From IMG/VR virus record IMGVR_UViG_2891442665_000011: DNA of 20,000 nucleotides; one strand, given 5' to 3'. The position numbers were made by a program, and so were the translations under genes. Of the stretch, positions 15,885 to 20,000 are shown one piece after another. Under the pieces are notes generated by a model, which saw only the letters and a list, made by a program, of their open reading frames with translations, searched no databases and was not told where the DNA came from. Numbering within the stretch: position 1 is the first letter of the stretch; every line of letters starts with the position of its first letter. This DNA is from an uncultured virus (IMG/VR IMGVR_UViG_2891442665_000011). Lineage: Duplodnaviria; Heunggongvirae; Uroviricota; Caudoviricetes.

Positions 15885-17995
15885 TACAAGGGATTGCAGC
15901 CATTGATTCGGAGGTCCGGGATAAAAATAGCGTTCGGAACCATGGGAGTGAGTTCAAAAAACTGGAACATCGCAAGGATTCTGATCCCATGAAGTTATAC
16001 CCACATGTTCTGAAGAAACTGGACGATTACTTTTCGATTCGCGGTTTAACATACTTACCTGGCCAGCGGGAACTGCTTGCTAAAGCGGCAGAAACTATTC
16101 TGCAAGCGGTTTCCGGAACCGTTACCGCAATCCCATTCCAACCGGGGGTAGGCAAAACAACCCTAATGTACGCTCTGTTACTGATATTCTCTCTTGAATT
16201 TTTGAGCAACACACCGATTGCCAAAGAGATTGGCGGTGTAATCGTAGTGGTAGAGAAAACTTCCGAAGCCGAAGAACTTGAACAGCTTTGCAACAAGTAC
16301 AGTCCTGACCGGAACATCGCTAAAGCCATCTCCGCACCCAACGATTACAATCTGTCCCAAGGCAGATGTCCAAATGGTACGGCTACCTCCTATGAGGAAT
16401 GTCTTGGGCATAGCTGTCTTGACTATGCTGACTGTCCCCTGGTTCAGTCAGCCAGCCAAACCCGCAATACACCGATCCTGATTATGCTCCATGCCCGATA
16501 CCAACGATACATGGAAGATATAACACCATTCCTCATATGGGAGAACGAAGAAGGGCAGCATAACCGGACACTTCTGATGGTGGACGAGCTTCCACCAATC
16601 ATTGAGGACAACGCTTTGAGTTTGGAGGTGTTGAACAAAATTGAATCTGAGCTTGCACAATTCAAACCCAGCTATCAAATGAAGTTTTGGAAAGAGAAGT
16701 CTACCGTTCTTTATGAGTGGAATGCAACCATGCGTAACCCGTACTTCCAGCTGTCAAAGACGGCGCGTAAGCATCTGGGAATGTATGGCCTAATATCAAA
16801 AAAGGAGTTGAACGAAGCCGGTTTCACGCCAGAAAAGTTGAGAAATTTTGCGGCTTTACTTGAGGAATATCTGGGAAAGACAAATCACCCATCAAGCCGG
16901 ATAATCAATGTCCTCAAGGATACCGAAAGTGCTTACTATGCAGTTGGTCAGGACTTTACACTCTTCTTCCCCAGAATCAAAAAAATTTACGGTGAAGGCC
17001 AGCCTGCAACATTCCTGTTCAGCGGTACAGCATCACTTTCCCCGGAGTTATCTCAAAACCCGAACATCATATGCTTTCCGGATCAGAATTTGGAATCTTT
17101 TGACCGTCTCTGTATCAACATTCAGCGGGGAGATTTGTTTAATAGTTCAAGATCCGGATTGTCCAAAAATCAGAATCTTTCAGCATTAACTTCCTGGCTA
17201 CAATTTATTTTACCGCAAATCGCACAAAAGCACAAGAAAATATTGGCCGTTACCTACAAGAGCTATGCCGGAGTTATGTGGAATGCCTTGAAAGACTTCC
17301 ACGACCTCTTGATCCCTTACATTGGGTATGATGGACAAGCCCAAGCGTTGTTACCTTACTTTGGGGGTATGAATGGTTCCAATCTGTATCGGGAAAGCAC
17401 TTGTGTAATCTGCATTGGCCTAAATCGGTTTGAACCGAGGGACTATATCAGTCGCACGCTGGCTCTGGATTTTGACGGTAGATGTCGTGACGAAATCAAC
17501 ACCACATTGGAGGTGTCAGAAAGAAAATGCCGGTTGGACAGCGTTCCCTGTGTTATAGATATGCAGGATATTACACTTGCACGGGACATCGTACAGTTGG
17601 TATTCCGCAGCGCGCTCCGAAATCATGGTGAGACCCAGCCGATTGATTTGTGGATCTTGCAGCCGCCTAACGGCGTCATCCAGTATTTGAAAAAGTACTT
17701 TGCAGATTGCCAAATTCTGGAACATACCGAACTTCCGGAAAGCTGTCGAACCGCAGTAGTGCTGAACCGCTCATATATGGGAAAGCGGACCCATGCCGCC
17801 GTTTTGTTGGAGTTTTTGATGCAAGTTCCAGATAACACGAATTTCACACCGGAACAAATCCGAGCAGAAACCGGATTAAATTTACCGCAGTTCAAAGAAG
17901 CGAAAAAACACCCGGAGGTGCAGAATTACTTCAAAATACACATTAAAACAACGGGTAGCGGAGCAACCGCCCTGTATACAAAATTTTCGTTATAG
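15881..17995 (+). CDS. Superfamily 2 helicase-like protein with a Cys cluster (DinG/XPD-like organisation)
   Basis: Q-motif-like LPGQRELL, Walker A QPGVGKT, Walker B LLMVDELP, motif III SGTA, motif VI-like QLVFRSALR; CPNG...CLGHSCLDYADCP between Walker A and B; alternative start ATG 15989. Confidence 0.75.
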   Translation: MIQGIAAIDSEVRDKNSVRNHGSEFKKLEHRKDSDPMKLYPHVLKKLDDYFSIRGLTYLPGQRELLAKAAETILQAVSGTVTAIPFQPGVGKTTLMYALLLIFSLEFLSNTPIAKEIGGVIVVVEKTSEAEELEQLCNKYSPDRNIAKAISAPNDYNLSQGRCPNGTATSYEECLGHSCLDYADCPLVQSASQTRNTPILIMLHARYQRYMEDITPFLIWENEEGQHNRTLLMVDELPPIIEDNALSLEVLNKIESELAQFKPSYQMKFWKEKSTVLYEWNATMRNPYFQLSKTARKHLGMYGLISKKELNEAGFTPEKLRNFAALLEEYLGKTNHPSSRIINVLKDTESAYYAVGQDFTLFFPRIKKIYGEGQPATFLFSGTASLSPELSQNPNIICFPDQNLESFDRLCINIQRGDLFNSSRSGLSKNQNLSALTSWLQFILPQIAQKHKKILAVTYKSYAGVMWNALKDFHDLLIPYIGYDGQAQALLPYFGGMNGSNLYRESTCVICIGLNRFEPRDYISRTLALDFDGRCRDEINTTLEVSERKCRLDSVPCVIDMQDITLARDIVQLVFRSALRNHGETQPIDLWILQPPNGVIQYLKKYFADCQILEHTELPESCRTAVVLNRSYMGKRTHAAVLLEFLMQVPDNTNFTPEQIRAETGLNLPQFKEAKKHPEVQNYFKIHIKTTGSGATALYTKFSL

Positions 17996-18011
17996 TTGAG
18001 GAGGTGTTTTG

Positions 18012-18125
18012 ATGTCGGCTTTAACACCAAAGGAAATCGCCCTAAAGCTAATTGCTGCACTGTATGCACAAGGGCTTTTGAACAGGGCTACCTATGCAAA
18101 CATTCTGGACAAATACGCAAAATAA
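18012..18125 (+). CDS. 37-aa SHOCT-like peptide MSALTPKEIALKLIAALYAQGLLNRATYANILDKYAK
   Basis: Hand translation; GAGGAGG RBS; LxxLxxxGLLxxxxY pattern; directly upstream of the serine recombinase. Confidence 0.7.
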   Translation: MSALTPKEIALKLIAALYAQGLLNRATYANILDKYAK

Positions 18126-18164
18126 TTGATTACCTATCTTTAATTTGAAAGGGGGGGAAATAAC

Positions 18165-20000
18165 ATGGGCAACGCCCAAGTATCACGGCTGCGCCGTGTT
18201 GCCATCTATGGCCGTGTTTCCACAGAGCATGAAGCACAGCTTTCCGCATTTGAAAATCAGCAAGCCTGGTATGAGGGCGTTGCCTTGCAGCACCAGGACT
18301 GGATCATCGTTGAGCGGTATTATGACGAAGGTATCACCGGAACAGCGGCACAAAAACGCCCGGCGTTCATGCGTATGCTGAAGGATGCCAGACAGCACAG
18401 GTTTGATTTGGTCGTGACCCGCGAGGTTTGCCGTTTTGCACGGAACACGGTGGACACGCTAACTGTCACACGGGAACTAAGTCGAATTGGGATCGAAGTC
18501 TATTTCATTCAGGATAACATCTGGACAATGGACGGAGACGGGGAGCTCCGCCTGACCATTATGGCCACCCTTGCTCAAGAGGAAAGCCGAAAAATATCGG
18601 AGCGTGTTCGTGCGGGTCAGCAAATCAGCAGGGAGAAAGGGGTCCTCTATGGTACTGGAAATATCCTGGGGTATGATCGAGTTAATGGTACATATGTCAT
18701 CAACCCAGAACAAGCCTATGTTGTCCAGAAAATTTTCCGACTGTATGCGGATGGCTGGGGGTATAAACGAATCTGCGCCGAGTTGATCCGTCTTGGATGC
18801 AAAAACGCCCATGGCGAAGTGGAATGGAAGCTGGACCGAATTGGGCGAATACTCCGCAACGCTACATACAAAGGATATATCGGCTACAACAAATCTCATA
18901 GTGACGGGTATCTGACCCAAAAGCGAATCAATCATCGGGATGAAGATTTTGTCTATGTCAAAGGGGATTTTGAGCCGATCATATCCGAAGAATTATGGGA
19001 TTGCTGCGCTGAACTGCGTTTGAAGAAAAGTACGCACCAGCTTGGTGAAGATGGAAAACTTCGGCGTTTTTGCCGCAAGGAACCACAATCTGTCTGGTGT
19101 TCCAAGCTGCGGTGCAGCTGCGGCTCCTCCTTTCGCCGTTTCCTCTGGCACAAGAATGTAAACGGGAATAAAACATATGGTTATGAGTGCTACCGTCAAA
19201 AAAGAGAAGTGAGTGAGAAATATCTGAAGGCTCACGGTTTAGATGCTTCCAAAGTCTGCAAGAGCAAAAGCATTCCCTTTTGGCATATTGATTTGATGGC
19301 GCTTTCCGTATTTCGAGCAGTTTGGGGAGAGCAGAAGGAGGCTGTTCTACTGGCCTGTCAAATGATTGAAGAGTGCGCCGCAGAAGAGTGTAAAAGCAAT
19401 TCTTCTCTGGCGGATGCATTAAAAGCGCAGATGGAGGAACTGGTAAAAAAGCAGGAGGGCCTTCGGGGAATGTGCGCCATGGGGGATATTCCACGAGAAG
19501 TGTTTCTGCGTGATAACCAGAAAATTCAAGCGGAGTTGGAATCCCTCCAGTTACAGCTGAATGATTTGGACAGCCAAGACCCGGTTTCCTCCGTTTCAGC
19601 CTTGGATATGAATCAAATTCGGCGCACATTAAGCAGATGGAGCGATTTCTCCGGACCCTTGATCCCCGAAGCGTTGATTGAACAGTTTATTCTCCAAGTG
19701 GTAGTTGTGGATGATGACACATTTAACTGGACACTTGACCTGTCGGCGGATATGGCTCCGGAGCAACGGCAAATGATGACCCCCAGCAAAATTGCTCTGC
19801 AACTTTACCGTGAGAAACAGCGTGCCGATGCCGGTGGCATTGATTGTATTGATTCGATGCTCAGCAAGCATATTACAAATCCACAAACATTACTCACATT
19901 TACCATTACGAAAGCGGAAGCGGAGGAATACTGCCATTCCATCGGCATGAAATTCTTTGGGAAAAAATGGAGGAATAAAACGGTCATTGTAAGCATCTAA
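18165..20000 (+). CDS. Large serine recombinase (resolvase + recombinase + zinc-ribbon/coiled-coil domains)
   Basis: VAIYGRVST catalytic Ser, DEGITG, REVCRFARN, AQEESRKISERV, LGYD, ILRNATYKG, EPIISEELW, LRCSCGS...YEC; TAA at 19998-20000. Confidence 0.95.
   Translation: MGNAQVSRLRRVAIYGRVSTEHEAQLSAFENQQAWYEGVALQHQDWIIVERYYDEGITGTAAQKRPAFMRMLKDARQHRFDLVVTREVCRFARNTVDTLTVTRELSRIGIEVYFIQDNIWTMDGDGELRLTIMATLAQEESRKISERVRAGQQISREKGVLYGTGNILGYDRVNGTYVINPEQAYVVQKIFRLYADGWGYKRICAELIRLGCKNAHGEVEWKLDRIGRILRNATYKGYIGYNKSHSDGYLTQKRINHRDEDFVYVKGDFEPIISEELWDCCAELRLKKSTHQLGEDGKLRRFCRKEPQSVWCSKLRCSCGSSFRRFLWHKNVNGNKTYGYECYRQKREVSEKYLKAHGLDASKVCKSKSIPFWHIDLMALSVFRAVWGEQKEAVLLACQMIEECAAEECKSNSSLADALKAQMEELVKKQEGLRGMCAMGDIPREVFLRDNQKIQAELESLQLQLNDLDSQDPVSSVSALDMNQIRRTLSRWSDFSGPLIPEALIEQFILQVVVVDDDTFNWTLDLSADMAPEQRQMMTPSKIALQLYREKQRADAGGIDCIDSMLSKHITNPQTLLTFTITKAEAEEYCHSIGMKFFGKKWRNKTVIVSI

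Larger units (their letters stand above)
3500..20000. mobile_element. Serine-recombinase integrative island (boundaries not determined)
   Basis: Large serine recombinase, helicase module, DUF932/YqaJ module and WYL-led cargo; mosaic GC; no housekeeping genes. Confidence 0.55.

Overview
Accessory DNA from what looks like a Clostridia-type (Firmicutes) genome; taxonomy is inferred from RBS style and gene families only. Two mobile regions abut. (1) 1-~3480 is the end of a prophage-like element: small minus-strand genes (two of them in repeated 'motif + RBS + membrane-peptide gene + terminator' cassettes), a divergent tyrosine integrase with an N-terminal zinc ribbon, and a 10-bp repeat found both at the integrase promoter and just downstream of the integrase (probable att arm). 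(2) ~3500-20000 is an integrative island ending in a complete large serine recombinase. It carries a WYL-domain regulator translationally coupled to uncharacterised genes (best candidate for an undescribed anti-phage system), a DUF932 / YqaJ exonuclease / non-RecT Cys-rich protein module, a hairpin-rich intergenic region, a low-GC 694-aa orphan on the minus strand, and an unknown protein + Cys-cluster SF2 helicase + 37-aa ORF upstream of the recombinase. No rRNA, tRNA, CRISPR array, relaxase or virion genes were recognised. All family assignments are by eye, with no database searches.
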